In this document: positions 31,176 to 41,219 of the stretch, piece after piece
Layout of the letters: every line of letters starts with the position of its first letter
Position numbering within the stretch: the first letter of the stretch is position 1
Origin: an uncultured Actinomycetes bacterium
Lineage (GTDB): Bacteria; Actinomycetota; Actinomycetes; S36-B12; UBA10799
DNA: 64,000 nt
Direction: 5' to 3'
NCBI GenBank assembly: GCA_963821045.1
Contig: CAWGCB010000006.1
Span: 517,697-581,696 of the forward strand
The notes under the pieces: model-generated
What the model was told of the DNA's origin: nothing
Databases searched by the model: none
What the model saw: only the letters and a program-made list of their open reading frames with translations
Made by a program: the position numbers and the translations under genes

Positions 31176-32237
31176 GTGACTGATACGCGACGGCTGCCCA
31201 GCGACGAACGGAAAATCGAGGTGCTGCGGGCGATCGTCGAGGACTTCGTCACGACGTCGGAACCCGTCGCGTCCAAGAGTTTGGTGGAACGCCACGAGTT
31301 GGGGGTCAGCTCGGCGACGATTCGCAACGACATGGCTGCGCTCGAGGATGAGGGCTACATCGTGCAGCCACATACGTCGGCAGGAAGGATCCCGACAGAC
31401 AAGGGCTATCGATTGTTTGTCGACCGACTAGATGAGCTGCGCCCACTCAGTCAACCGGAGCGAAAAGCGATCCACACCTTTCTAGACAGCACAGTGGATC
31501 TCGACGATGTCATGACGAGTACGGTGCGCTTGCTGGCTGCGCTCACCAAGCAGGTTGCGGTTGTGCAGTATCCGTCGCTGACTCGCTCCGCGGTTCGACA
31601 CGTCGAGGTCGTGGATCTTGGCCAGTCTCGGCTCCTGCTCGTCGTGATTGCCGATACCGGTCGGGTGGAGCAACGAGTCGTATCGACTGCGCTCCCGCTC
31701 AGTGATGCAGCGGTGTCACGGCTGCGGATTGCGCTCAACGAGGCGGCGGCCGGGCAACCCTTCACCGAGGTGGCAGAGCGAATCACTGATCTTCCGGAGA
31801 AGTTCGATAGCGCAGAGCGGCCGGTGATCCTTGCGGTGCTGGCAACTTTGCTCGAGACGGTCGTTGAACGGCGCGAGGAGCGGGTCGTTCTCGGGGGCAC
31901 AGTAAACCTGGCGCGTGCTGGTGGGGACTTCTCCACAACGCTCGAACCGGTCCTTGAGGCGCTTGAGGAGCAGATGGTGCTCCTACGACTGCTCTCGGAG
32001 CAGTCTGGCGACGCTGCGGATGTGGGACTGGCTCGCAACCCCGTGTCGGTCATGATCGGACGCGAGAACTCGGTGGAGGGGCTCGCGCGAGCGTCTGTGG
32101 TGACCGCGGGATACGGGACGGACGAACAGATCGCCCGTCTAGGTGTGGTTGGCCCCACTCGGATGGACTACCCGGCCACGATGGGGGCGGTGCGTGCAGT
32201 CGCTAGATACCTAGGGCGCATGATTGATACCAAGTAA
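31176..32237 (+). CDS. hrcA: heat-inducible transcription repressor HrcA
   Basis: [69 protein letters not shown] is the canonical HrcA N-terminus. GTG start. Confidence 0.95.
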   Translation: MTDTRRLPSDERKIEVLRAIVEDFVTTSEPVASKSLVERHELGVSSATIRNDMAALEDEGYIVQPHTSAGRIPTDKGYRLFVDRLDELRPLSQPERKAIHTFLDSTVDLDDVMTSTVRLLAALTKQVAVVQYPSLTRSAVRHVEVVDLGQSRLLLVVIADTGRVEQRVVSTALPLSDAAVSRLRIALNEAAAGQPFTEVAERITDLPEKFDSAERPVILAVLATLLETVVERREERVVLGGTVNLARAGGDFSTTLEPVLEALEEQMVLLRLLSEQSGDAADVGLARNPVSVMIGRENSVEGLARASVVTAGYGTDEQIARLGVVGPTRMDYPATMGAVRAVARYLGRMIDTK

Positions 32238-32353
32238 CGCAACTCATCGACGGCAGCTAAGGGACACCCAAGTTGTCCCGAGGTGAATACAACCGCGCAC
32301 GAGTCTCCCCAAACCGTACTTGCGCCTGAACCTAAACCGAATGTGAGCAGCAC

Positions 32354-33478
32354 GTGGCAACTGGCACCGACTACTACGCAGCCTTGGGTGTTTCCCGCGA
32401 TGCGACAGCCGAGGAAATTAAACGCGCCTACCGCAAACTCGCCAGAGAACTCCATCCAGATGTGAACCCTGATCCGGCGACGCAGGATCAGTTTAAGACG
32501 GTTACTGCCGCCTACGAGGTGCTCAGCGATCCGGCGAAACGGCAGATGTACGACTTGGGTGGCGACCCCCGCGGTGGCCAGGCAGGCCAGGGTTTTCCTG
32601 GTGGGTTCGGTTTCGGCGACATCATGGATGCCTTCTTCTCCAACTCGGGCCAGCAACGAGGTCCCCGTTCCCGGAGTCGTCGCGGCCAAGATGCGCTTAT
32701 TCGGATGGAGATCGACCTGCGGGAGGCCACGTTCGGCACCGTTCGCGACATTACCGTCGACACGGCTGTCGGTTGCACAACGTGCTCGGGCGAGGGGACT
32801 GCGCCGGGAACTGGTCGCATGACCTGCTCGATGTGCAAAGGTCGAGGTGAGGTTCAGACTGTCCAGCGTTCGTTCCTCGGCCAGGTGATGACGGCTCGGG
32901 CATGTCCGCAGTGCGGCGGTTTCGGTGATGTTGTCCAGACGCCGTGTCCTGAGTGCGCCGGTGACGGGCGGGTGCGTACGCGCAGGACCCTGACGGTCAA
33001 GGTGCCCGCCGGTGTAGACACGGGCACTCGGATCCAACTCGCGGGCGAGGGTGAGGTTGGCCCAGGCAATGGACCGGCTGGCGACCTGTACGTCGAGATC
33101 GTTGAGAAGGCCGATCCGATCTTCGAGCGCCAAGGTGACGATTTACATTGCACGATCACCGTGCCGATGACGGCTGCAGCGCTCGGGACGAATGTCGATC
33201 TGCAGACCTTGGACGGCAACGAGGTCATCGAGATCAAAGCGGGAACGCAATCTGGGAACACGCGAACCCTGCGGGGTAAGGGCGTTCAGCACCTGCGGGC
33301 CAATGGCCGTGGGGATCTGCATGTTCACATTGCCGTCGCCACACCCACCAAGTTGGATTCTGATCAACGTGCGCTACTTGAGCAACTGGCGGGGATGCGT
33401 GGCGAGGAGCAGCCAACCGGTCAAGTCTCTCGCGGTGAGAGCGGAGTCTTTTCTCGGCTGCGCAACGCGTTCCGCTAG
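32354..33478 (+). CDS. dnaJ: molecular chaperone DnaJ
   Basis: J-domain ([16 protein letters not shown]), G/F region, four CxxCxGxG zinc-finger repeats ([32 protein letters not shown]). Confidence 0.95.
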   Translation: MATGTDYYAALGVSRDATAEEIKRAYRKLARELHPDVNPDPATQDQFKTVTAAYEVLSDPAKRQMYDLGGDPRGGQAGQGFPGGFGFGDIMDAFFSNSGQQRGPRSRSRRGQDALIRMEIDLREATFGTVRDITVDTAVGCTTCSGEGTAPGTGRMTCSMCKGRGEVQTVQRSFLGQVMTARACPQCGGFGDVVQTPCPECAGDGRVRTRRTLTVKVPAGVDTGTRIQLAGEGEVGPGNGPAGDLYVEIVEKADPIFERQGDDLHCTITVPMTAAALGTNVDLQTLDGNEVIEIKAGTQSGNTRTLRGKGVQHLRANGRGDLHVHIAVATPTKLDSDQRALLEQLAGMRGEEQPTGQVSRGESGVFSRLRNAFR

Positions 33479-33512
33479 GCCCAGCAGGCCGCGAAGAGTT
33501 TGAGATGCGCCC

Positions 33513-34319
33513 ATGACTGCTCCCATGTTTTATTTGGACGCCGGATCGCTCGATGACGCAGCTGTCGGCGATGTTCTCACCCTCTCAGGTGATGAGGGTC
33601 GCCATGCCGTGACCGTGAAGCGACTGCGGGCCGGAGAGTCGGTGCTGATCGGTGACGGTCACGGTCTGGTGTGCGAATCGGTCGTTGAAGGGACTGACGG
33701 AAAACAGTTGTTGCGAGCGCGGGTGCGTGACGTGGTGCGATCTGCAAATGAGAACTTGACCGTAACGGTCGTGCAGGCGCTGATTAAGGGCGATCGAATG
33801 GACCGCGCATTAGAGACGATGACGGAGGCCGGCGTCGATTCGATCGCAGTGTGGTCATCCTCGAACGTTGTTGTCCGGCTAGGACCAGACCAACGGGTCA
33901 AGGTTTCGTCGAGGTTCAGCAAGAAGGTCACCGAGGCGAGCAAACAAGCTCGTCGTGCGACGGTGCCGGAAGTTGACGGTCCGCTAGATACGGTTGCGGT
34001 TCTTGCCCGCGTGGCGGCGTGCGACGTCGCTATCTTGCTCGATGAAACGGCCGGGGTGGCGCTCCCACAAGTCCTGCCTGCGTCAGCCGCCGCGGGCGGC
34101 GCGAGTAGGGACGGTCGATCGGGATATTCGACCCCTCGAGATGTGGTGCTGATCGTGGGGCCAGAAGGTGGACTTACCGGCGAGGAGCGCGCGGCACTGA
34201 CTGCCGCAGGTGCTCTGCGTGCGCGGATGGGTCCAGAGGTACTGCGCGCTAGTACCGCGGCAACCGTCGCGCTCGGGTGGGTTATGGGTGCACTTGGCAA
34301 GTGGTCAATGTCAGACTGA
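33513..34319 (+). CDS. rsmE: 16S rRNA (uracil1498-N3)-methyltransferase RsmE
   Basis: PUA-like N-terminus (GDEGRHAVTVKRLRAGE) and C-terminal IVGPEGGLTGEE SPOUT motif. Conserved position after dnaJ. Confidence 0.85.
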   Translation: MTAPMFYLDAGSLDDAAVGDVLTLSGDEGRHAVTVKRLRAGESVLIGDGHGLVCESVVEGTDGKQLLRARVRDVVRSANENLTVTVVQALIKGDRMDRALETMTEAGVDSIAVWSSSNVVVRLGPDQRVKVSSRFSKKVTEASKQARRATVPEVDGPLDTVAVLARVAACDVAILLDETAGVALPQVLPASAAAGGASRDGRSGYSTPRDVVLIVGPEGGLTGEERAALTAAGALRARMGPEVLRASTAATVALGWVMGALGKWSMSD

Positions 34320-34323
34320 GGCC

Positions 34324-34665
34324 ATGGCTGATTGTTTGTTTTGTGCTATTGGGGCCGGAGATATCCCGGCGAAGGTTGTTCGCCAGACCGATCGGGTCGT
34401 GGTTTTTCAGGATGTCAGCCCTCAGGCTCCCACTCATCTGCTGGCAATCCCGCGCGATCACTTCAACAATCTCGCGGACCTAGTGGCCCGGGACCCGGCA
34501 CTTGCTGCCGAAGTCTTGGCGCAGGCTACTGCGGCCGCCGCCGACGCTGGACTTGACGAGGGCTACCGGGTGGTCTTCAACACTGGCAATCAGGGTGGAC
34601 AAAGCGTCGGTCACGTCCACGCCCACTTGCTCGGCGGTCGACAAATGACTTGGCCTCCGGGGTAG
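34324..34665 (+). CDS. HIT family protein
   Basis: CLFCAIGAGDIPA N-terminus and HVHAHLLGG histidine triad. ATG at 34324; the upstream part of ORF 34210.. overlaps rsmE. Confidence 0.9.
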   Translation: MADCLFCAIGAGDIPAKVVRQTDRVVVFQDVSPQAPTHLLAIPRDHFNNLADLVARDPALAAEVLAQATAAAADAGLDEGYRVVFNTGNQGGQSVGHVHAHLLGGRQMTWPPG

Positions 34666-34734
34666 GGCAGGCTTACTCTTAGGTACCGGCGCCACCAGAG
34701 TTGCGCCACGAGCAACTTCCACTGAAATGGACTT

Positions 34735-35712
34735 ATGACGACCTCAGATACAGCAATCTCAATCACGGTTCCATCGTCAATACAGATGGTGAACTTGTTG
34801 GGGGTTGGCGACGACGTCCTGCGTGCGATGGAGCGGGCATTGCCGGATGCCTCGTTCACTGTGCGCGGTAATCAAATTTCGATTGGCGGTGAGCCCGCTG
34901 CAGCCGATCTAGGTAAGCAGTTGATCGGTGAACTGCTGATGGTGCTGCGCTCCGGTCACCCCATCTCGGCGGATTCCGTTGAGCGATCAGTTGCCCTGCT
35001 ACGGGGCAATAACGCGGTGACCCCCTCCCAGTTGCTGACGGCCAACATCCTGAGTAATCGCGGCCGCTCAATCAGGCCGAAGACGCTTGGCCAGAAGCAC
35101 TACGTTGACGCGATCGACAAACACACCGTGGTTTTCGGTATCGGACCGGCTGGTACCGGGAAGACCTACCTGGCAGTCGCCAAGGCGGTGCAAGCGCTAC
35201 AAAACAAGTCCGTCAACCGGATCATCCTGACGCGCCCGGCAGTTGAGGCAGGCGAGCGCCTCGGGTTCTTGCCCGGAACACTAAGCGAGAAGATCGACCC
35301 GTACTTGCGCCCGCTCTACGACGCGCTTCACGACATGATCGATCCTGATTCGATCCCGCGGTTGATGGCCAGCGGGACGATCGAAGTGGCGCCGCTGGCG
35401 TACATGCGCGGACGCACGCTAAACGACGCGTTCGTCATTTTGGACGAGGCGCAAAACACCACCCCGGAGCAGATGAAGATGTTCCTGACTCGGCTCGGAT
35501 TCGGCTCAACGATCGTGGTGACAGGAGACGTGACCCAAGTCGATCTTCCCGGTGGTACTCGCAGCGGCTTGCGAGTCGTTCGCGACATCCTGTCCGGAAT
35601 TGACGATGTTGAGTTCTGTGAGCTGAATAGTCGCGACGTAGTCCGCCATCCGCTGGTTGGTCGCATCGTGGATGCCTACGGCGACTTCGACGAACAGCAG
35701 GCGCGGCCGTGA
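34735..35712 (+). CDS. phoH: PhoH family ATPase
   Basis: Walker A GPAGTGKTYLAV, ILDEAQN, VVTGDVTQVDLP. Confidence 0.9.
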   Translation: MTTSDTAISITVPSSIQMVNLLGVGDDVLRAMERALPDASFTVRGNQISIGGEPAAADLGKQLIGELLMVLRSGHPISADSVERSVALLRGNNAVTPSQLLTANILSNRGRSIRPKTLGQKHYVDAIDKHTVVFGIGPAGTGKTYLAVAKAVQALQNKSVNRIILTRPAVEAGERLGFLPGTLSEKIDPYLRPLYDALHDMIDPDSIPRLMASGTIEVAPLAYMRGRTLNDAFVILDEAQNTTPEQMKMFLTRLGFGSTIVVTGDVTQVDLPGGTRSGLRVVRDILSGIDDVEFCELNSRDVVRHPLVGRIVDAYGDFDEQQARP

Positions 35713-36167
35713 CGATCGAGATAGCCAACGAATCCGGTTGGGAAGGCTACGAGGAGAGCCTCGTCGCGCAGGGTGCCTTTGTGCTTTCCCGCTTGCGCAT
35801 CCACCCGCAGGCCGAGTTGTCGATCGTGTTGGCCGATGAGGAGGCGATGGCCGTTCTGCACGAACGGTGGATGGATGAGCCAGGTCCTACCGACGTACTC
35901 AGCTTTCCGATGGACGAGTTGCGACCGCCTAGTCAAGGCGAGAATCCAGACCCCGGATTGCTCGGAGACATCGTGATTTGTCCTGCCGTTGCCTCGCGGC
36001 AAGCGGGGGCAGCGGGGCATACTCAGCGCGACGAGCTCGGGGTGCTACTCACTCACGGGATCCTGCACCTACTCGGCTACGACCATGCTGAACCAGACGA
36101 GGAGAGGCTCATGTTCGGGTTGCAGGGCCAACTCGTCGCTGAGTGGAACGCGGAGTCGAACTCGTGA
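35709..36167 (+). CDS. ybeY: rRNA maturation RNase YbeY
   Basis: HGILHLLGYDH zinc-binding motif. 4-nt overlap with phoH. Confidence 0.9.
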   Translation: MTIEIANESGWEGYEESLVAQGAFVLSRLRIHPQAELSIVLADEEAMAVLHERWMDEPGPTDVLSFPMDELRPPSQGENPDPGLLGDIVICPAVASRQAGAAGHTQRDELGVLLTHGILHLLGYDHAEPDEERLMFGLQGQLVAEWNAESNS

Positions 36168-37495
36168 CCTCCGACCTCGCCCTGATCGTTGCGGCGATTG
36201 TGCTCGTCGTCATCGCCATGTTTTTGGTGGCGATTGAGTCCGCGCTTTCGCGGGTCTCAAAGGTGAGCGTCACCGAGCTGCAGACGCAGGGTGTGGCCGG
36301 TAGCGATCGACTTGCGTCCGTTGTGGCGGACCGAGCCCGCTACATAAACGTCATATTGATGGTTCGACTTGCCGCCTCAACCTTCTCGATCGTCTTTGTC
36401 ACAGTTGTCATGCTGCGCGCCATCAGCGAACCGGAGTGGGCAGGGGTGGTCGTGGCTGGGCTCGTGATGTGGCTCATCACGTTCATCATGCTCGGAGTTG
36501 CTCCTCGCACCCTCGGACAACAGCACGCGCTGACGATCGCGCGTCGCGGAGCGGGAGTGGCCCGGACGCTGAACGCGGTCTTCGGTCCGCTCGCCTGGCT
36601 GCTCATCCTGTTTGGAAATGCCATCACGCCCGGTAAGGGCTACCGTCATGGCCCGTTCGCCACAACAGCCGAACTTCGCGAGATGGTTGACCTTGCGGAG
36701 GCAGATGAGGTCATCGAGGCGGGTGAACGCGAGATGATTCACTCAGTATTCGAACTCGGCGACACCCTCGCTCGCGAAGTCATGGTTCCGCGCACCGAGA
36801 TGGTGTGGATCGAGCAAGACAAGCGGCTTCGTCAGGCGATGTCCTTGGCCCTACGCAGTGGCTACAGCCGGATTCCAGTGATCGGCGACAACCTCGACGA
36901 CGTTGTCGGAATCGTGTATCTCAAGGACTTGACGCGGCGATCCTACGAGCACCGCGAGGCCGAGCAGACTGAACGAGTTGAGCGAATCATGCGACCCGTC
37001 ATGTTCGTGCCAGACTCCAAACCTGCGGACGAGCTGATGCGCGAGATGCAGGCGACCAGGACCCACGTCGCGATCGTGATTGATGAATACGGCGGAACGG
37101 CTGGACTCATCACTATCGAGGATATCTTGGAGGAGATCGTGGGTGAGATTGCCGATGAGTATGACGAGGGTGAGGTCGCCGAGACGCAGGAACTTGAAGG
37201 CGGTCGCTGGCGGGTGAACGCCCGGATGCAGCTCGACGATCTAGCGGAGCTGTTGGATCTGGAACTTTCAGAGGAGTCTGAGGGCGTCGAGACCGTCGCT
37301 GGTCTGCTGGCCAATCGCCTCGGAGTCGTCCCGATCCCTGGCTCTCAGATCGAGGTTGATGGCTACCGCCTCGTTGCCGAGATGTCCAGTGGTAGGCGCA
37401 ACGGGGTAGGTGCCGTTTTCATTACTCCGGTGGGACAAGATGTGTCAGCCAGTGCCAGTCCCGATGTTGAAGATGCCTCAGTTAGTGCGTCTTGA
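36143..37495 (+). CDS. hemolysin-family protein (CNNM/DUF21 TM domain + CBS pair + CorC_HlyC)
   Basis: N-terminal 4-TM DUF21, CBS pair (VMVPRTEMVWI ... SGYSRIPV) and C-terminal transporter-associated domain. Conserved ybeY-neighbour. Confidence 0.85.
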   Translation: MERGVELVTSDLALIVAAIVLVVIAMFLVAIESALSRVSKVSVTELQTQGVAGSDRLASVVADRARYINVILMVRLAASTFSIVFVTVVMLRAISEPEWAGVVVAGLVMWLITFIMLGVAPRTLGQQHALTIARRGAGVARTLNAVFGPLAWLLILFGNAITPGKGYRHGPFATTAELREMVDLAEADEVIEAGEREMIHSVFELGDTLAREVMVPRTEMVWIEQDKRLRQAMSLALRSGYSRIPVIGDNLDDVVGIVYLKDLTRRSYEHREAEQTERVERIMRPVMFVPDSKPADELMREMQATRTHVAIVIDEYGGTAGLITIEDILEEIVGEIADEYDEGEVAETQELEGGRWRVNARMQLDDLAELLDLELSEESEGVETVAGLLANRLGVVPIPGSQIEVDGYRLVAEMSSGRRNGVGAVFITPVGQDVSASASPDVEDASVSAS

Positions 37496-37553
37496 ACCAT
37501 GACCGGCAGATCACCCGACGAACAAGAATCCGAAACAAGCAGGAAGTGACCTA

Positions 37554-37928
37554 GTGACTGATTACGCCGCGGAAACCGCGTTGAGTGAAGAAGACGCGAA
37601 GCTGGTAACTCTCGCTCGTGGGGCTCGGGGCAGGGTCGGGGCCGCTTCCGGTGCCGCGCTGCGCGATGAGACGGGTCGGACGTATTCGGGTGCCAACGTC
37701 GCGCTGCCCAGCCTTCGACTTGGGGCGCTGCAGCTCGCAGTGGCTCAGGCGGTTGCGGCCGGGGCGCAGAGTTGCGAGTGCGCGGTGGTCGTCAGCTCCG
37801 ATGGCGGAATCGAAGCGGAGGACCTAGCCGCTGCGCACGACCTTGGCGGCACGCATGTGAGGGTTTTGGCTGCATTACCCAGCGGTCAGATTCAAGTAGA
37901 CCTACCTGCAGATGGTGAAACCACCTGA
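37554..37928 (+). CDS. cytidine-deaminase-fold protein lacking the zinc/catalytic motifs
   Basis: ARGA..GAALRDETGRTYSGANVA resembles the CDA N-terminal half. The CAE and PCxxC positions are replaced (ALQLAV; no Cys pair). Sits in the conserved slot between the CBS gene and era. Confidence 0.45.
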   Translation: MTDYAAETALSEEDAKLVTLARGARGRVGAASGAALRDETGRTYSGANVALPSLRLGALQLAVAQAVAAGAQSCECAVVVSSDGGIEAEDLAAAHDLGGTHVRVLAALPSGQIQVDLPADGETT

Positions 37929-38875
37929 TGGTCGACAAATACGCAAGCCAAACGCCCGAACCGGACTTCCGTAGCGGGTTCGTTTGCCTCGTCGGGCGCC
38001 CGAACGCGGGCAAGTCGACACTGATCAACCGGATCGTTGGACGCAAGATCGCCATCACATCTGACCGCCCTCAGACCACGCGGCGAACAGTTCGCGGAGT
38101 GTTGACCCGCCCGGACGGTCAACTGATCATCGTGGACACACCCGGTCTGCACAAGCCGCGCACTTTGTTGGGGGAGAGGCTCAACGACCTCGTGCGTTCG
38201 ACCTGGACCGAGGTCGACGTCATCGGCTTCTGTCTTGCAGCCAACGAGGAGACTGGTGTCGGAGACCGCCGACTGGCAAGTGAGCTCGCCGAGGTTCAAC
38301 GCGGACCGGTCGTATGTGTCATCACCAAGACGGATATCGCCACCCCAGATCAGGTGGCGGCCAGACTGCTGTCTATTCAGGAACTTGCCGTGAAGGTGGG
38401 GCTCGACGTAGCCGAATACGTTCCAGTGTCAGCTGTGTCGGGTGACAATGTGGAGCTACTTGTCGACTTGCTCATTGCGAGGTTTCCGCTCGGACCGCAA
38501 CTCTTCCCAGCGACGCAGGACACTGACGAGTCGGAGGAGGACATGATCGCGGAGCTGATTCGCGAGGCCGCGCTGTCGGGAGTGAAGGATGAGTTGCCGC
38601 ATTCGATTGCTGCGACCATCGACGAGATGTCGCTGCGTGAGGATCGCCCCGCTGACAAACCTCTGATGGATATCCACGCAACAATCCACGTCGAGCGCGA
38701 CAGCCAGAAGCCGATCATCATTGGTAAGGGCGGCGCCCACCTGAAGTCGATTGGGACCGCGGCTCGCGCAAACATCGAGAAGCTCGTCGGGATGCCTGTC
38801 TACCTCAATATCCACGTGCGAGTAGCCAAGGAGTGGCAGCGCGACCCGAAGCAGTTACGGCGCCTCGGTTTCTAG
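37928..38875 (+). CDS. era: GTPase Era
   Basis: GRPNAGKST (G1), DTPG (G3), TKTD (G4), C-terminal KH domain (KPIIIGKGGAHLKSIG). Confidence 0.95.
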   Translation: MVDKYASQTPEPDFRSGFVCLVGRPNAGKSTLINRIVGRKIAITSDRPQTTRRTVRGVLTRPDGQLIIVDTPGLHKPRTLLGERLNDLVRSTWTEVDVIGFCLAANEETGVGDRRLASELAEVQRGPVVCVITKTDIATPDQVAARLLSIQELAVKVGLDVAEYVPVSAVSGDNVELLVDLLIARFPLGPQLFPATQDTDESEEDMIAELIREAALSGVKDELPHSIAATIDEMSLREDRPADKPLMDIHATIHVERDSQKPIIIGKGGAHLKSIGTAARANIEKLVGMPVYLNIHVRVAKEWQRDPKQLRRLGF

Positions 38876-38942
38876 TTGGGACACGCCCGTTACGGGTGGA
38901 TATCTTCGTACAGGTGTTCGATTCGTGGTGTAGGGTTGGTGC

Positions 38943-40560
38943 ATGTCAGCCAGTCACGTAGACCCGGGGTCGGGTCGTTCGTCGTCCACTGGATCGGTGG
39001 GGTCTGGGTCGGTGGTGTCTGGGTCTGAGCCTGGGTCTGTGCCGTGTGCGGGGTCGTTGGCGGTGTTGGCGGGGGTGGATCCGTTGGCGGTGTCGCCGGG
39101 GGCTCGGGTGGAGTTGTTGGTTCAGTTGGAGCGGCATGCGGCGTGGGTGGAGTCGTTGCGGCTGTCGGTGGTGGCGGCGGTGGCGGGTCCGGGTCCGGAT
39201 TATTCGGTTGAGGATGCGCAGTTGGTGGATGTGGCGGATCCGTTGTGGGATGTGCAGATGGTGCAAGACAGTATTCGTGATGAGCTCGCGGCGGCGTTGC
39301 ACATTTCTGGGCGCACCGCGCAACGCCGCATCGATTTAGCCCGGGATCTGGAGCACAAACTGCCGCGCACGCGGGATTTGTTGCGTGCCGGGTTGTGCAC
39401 CTTCGCCCAAGCGGCGGTGGTGGCGCAGGAGTGTGGGTCGTTGTCGGTGGGTCAGGCGCGGTTGGTGGAGAAGCGGGCGTTGGTGAACACCGAGCGGCAG
39501 ACCCCGAATCGGACGCGGCGGGCGTTGCGTCGCGCGATCGCGTCGATTTGTCCGCGCCGACCGGAGGCGTTGGTGGAGGAGGAGTTCGCGCGTCGTGATG
39601 TGAGCCTGGTTCATGATGGTGGGGTGATGGCCACGGTGGTGGCGACACTGCCGGCTCCGGATGCGATCGCGGTGTGGAATGCGTTAACCGCGGCCGCGCA
39701 TCAGGACACTCACGCTGGTGATGTTCGGTCGCGGGCGCATAAACGCGCGGACGCGCTTGTGGGGTGGGCGCACCAGGCGGGGCAGGATCCGCAGATGCCG
39801 GTGATGCAGGGCAAGAAACGGTTGGACACGCAGGTCGTCATCGACGCGGCAACGTTGTTCGGGCTCGCGGATCATCCCGGGGAGATCATCGGCTACGGTC
39901 CGATCCCGGCCGAGCTCGCCCGACTGTTAGCAGCGGATTCGCAGGGGTGGCGACGGTTGGTCACGGACCCGGTGACGGGGTACTTGCTCGATTACGGGCA
40001 CCGCACATACACCCCACCGGCAGCGTTGCGGGAGTATGTGTTGGCACGGGATCGGCGGTGTCAGTTCCCGGGGTGTGATCAACCGAGTTACCGCTGCGAC
40101 CTTGACCACGTAGAACCGTTCACCGGCACCCCCGAGGCGGGTCAACGAGCGCGGACAATTTGTTGACGGTGTGCCGACGCCATCATCAACTCAAAACCCA
40201 CCACCGCTGGCGCGTACGCGTCCACCACCCCAACAACCCAGAGCATTCAGAGCATCCAGATGATGCGGCAGCCGCATTCAGAGGATGCGGCGAGCCGCAG
40301 GGGAGGGCGAGACCGACGCTGATGCCGACGTGACGCCACGTGGACCCGACGTTGACGTTGGTGAACCCAGTGCCACGATGATCGAATGGACAAGTCCGCG
40401 GGGCCGCGTGCACGAGAGTCCACGCCCAGTCCACGGGAACCCGCTCCCACGCGATGGTGATCGACCACGCCATGACGAAGGTGCGCAGGATCGCAGGGCG
40501 AGGGTCGCGTGCACCGCATTCGAGTCGCGGCTCATGACCGAAGTCTTACGGCAGCAATAG
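38943..40560 (+). pseudogene. DUF222 / HNH endonuclease family gene (actinobacterial 13E12-type), at least 2 frameshifts
   Basis: DUF222-like body sits in the frame starting at 38943, ending RCQFPGCDQPSYRCDLDHVEPF. The HNH continuation TSADNLLTVCRRHHQLKTHHRW is in the frame offset by +2 from about 40142. The typical tail IEWTSPRGRVHESP is in a third frame (ORF 40285..40560). Confidence 0.8.
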
Positions 40561-40730
40561 CGCCGCACACGACACCCGTCTGATGTATCCGGACAAATGA
40601 TCGTCACCCAGCCAACCATCATCTCGGCCAGTGGCCTGGTCGCGGTTGCGATCTAGGGGAGTCGAGCGGCAGGGCTTTCGGTGACTGCTGTCCGGTGACG
40701 GCGCCAAGAGTGATTCGTAGCGTGGTTTGT

Positions 40731-41186
40731 ATGGACAAGACTTATGTCAGTTACGTGAAGCTGGGCATCGCGCTACTGGTCAGTTACTTGCTGATGTGGG
40801 TACTGAGCATGTCGATGATTCGGGAACTTGACCACTTCTACTGGAACCTGAGTAACGCATGGATGGCACTAATCATGGTTGCGCCGATGGGGTTCGTCAT
40901 GGTGGTCATGATGTGGCAGATGTTCGAACACAAGGTGCTCAATATCGTCCTGCTGATCGGGTTCGCCGCACTGTTTGTGCTTGCGCTAATCGCTGGACGT
41001 GAGGAGGTCCTCGTCGGGGATGAGCAGTTCTTGGATTCGATGATCCCGCATCATTCGCGGGCAATCTTGGTGTGTCAGGAGTCAGCGCTCACCGATCCAG
41101 AGATCATCGAGCTTTGCGCCAGCATTGTGGAATCGCAAGGCGAGGAGATCGCTCAGATGAAGAACATCCTGCAGGATCGCTACTAA
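40731..41186 (+). CDS. membrane protein with C-terminal DUF305-like (ferritin-like) domain
   Basis: Three N-terminal TM helices, then FLDSMIPHHSRAILVCQ ... IVESQGEEIAQMKNIL, resembling DUF305. Confidence 0.6.
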   Translation: MDKTYVSYVKLGIALLVSYLLMWVLSMSMIRELDHFYWNLSNAWMALIMVAPMGFVMVVMMWQMFEHKVLNIVLLIGFAALFVLALIAGREEVLVGDEQFLDSMIPHHSRAILVCQESALTDPEIIELCASIVESQGEEIAQMKNILQDRY

Positions 41187-41219
41187 CCGATTCGCGCCCA
41201 CGGCCCGGCGGCTAGGCCT

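Noticed and set aside
32168-33133. 321-aa minus-strand ORF opposite dnaJ.
   Set aside because: Shadow ORF. dnaJ on the + strand has the J-domain and four zinc-finger repeats.
38890-39648. 252-aa Pro-rich ORF on the minus strand (PPPWPSPHHHEPG...).
   Set aside because: It is antisense to the G-rich DUF222/HNH coding frame. Poly-Pro arises from reading GGN/GTG-rich codons backwards. The + strand carries the recognisable family sequence.
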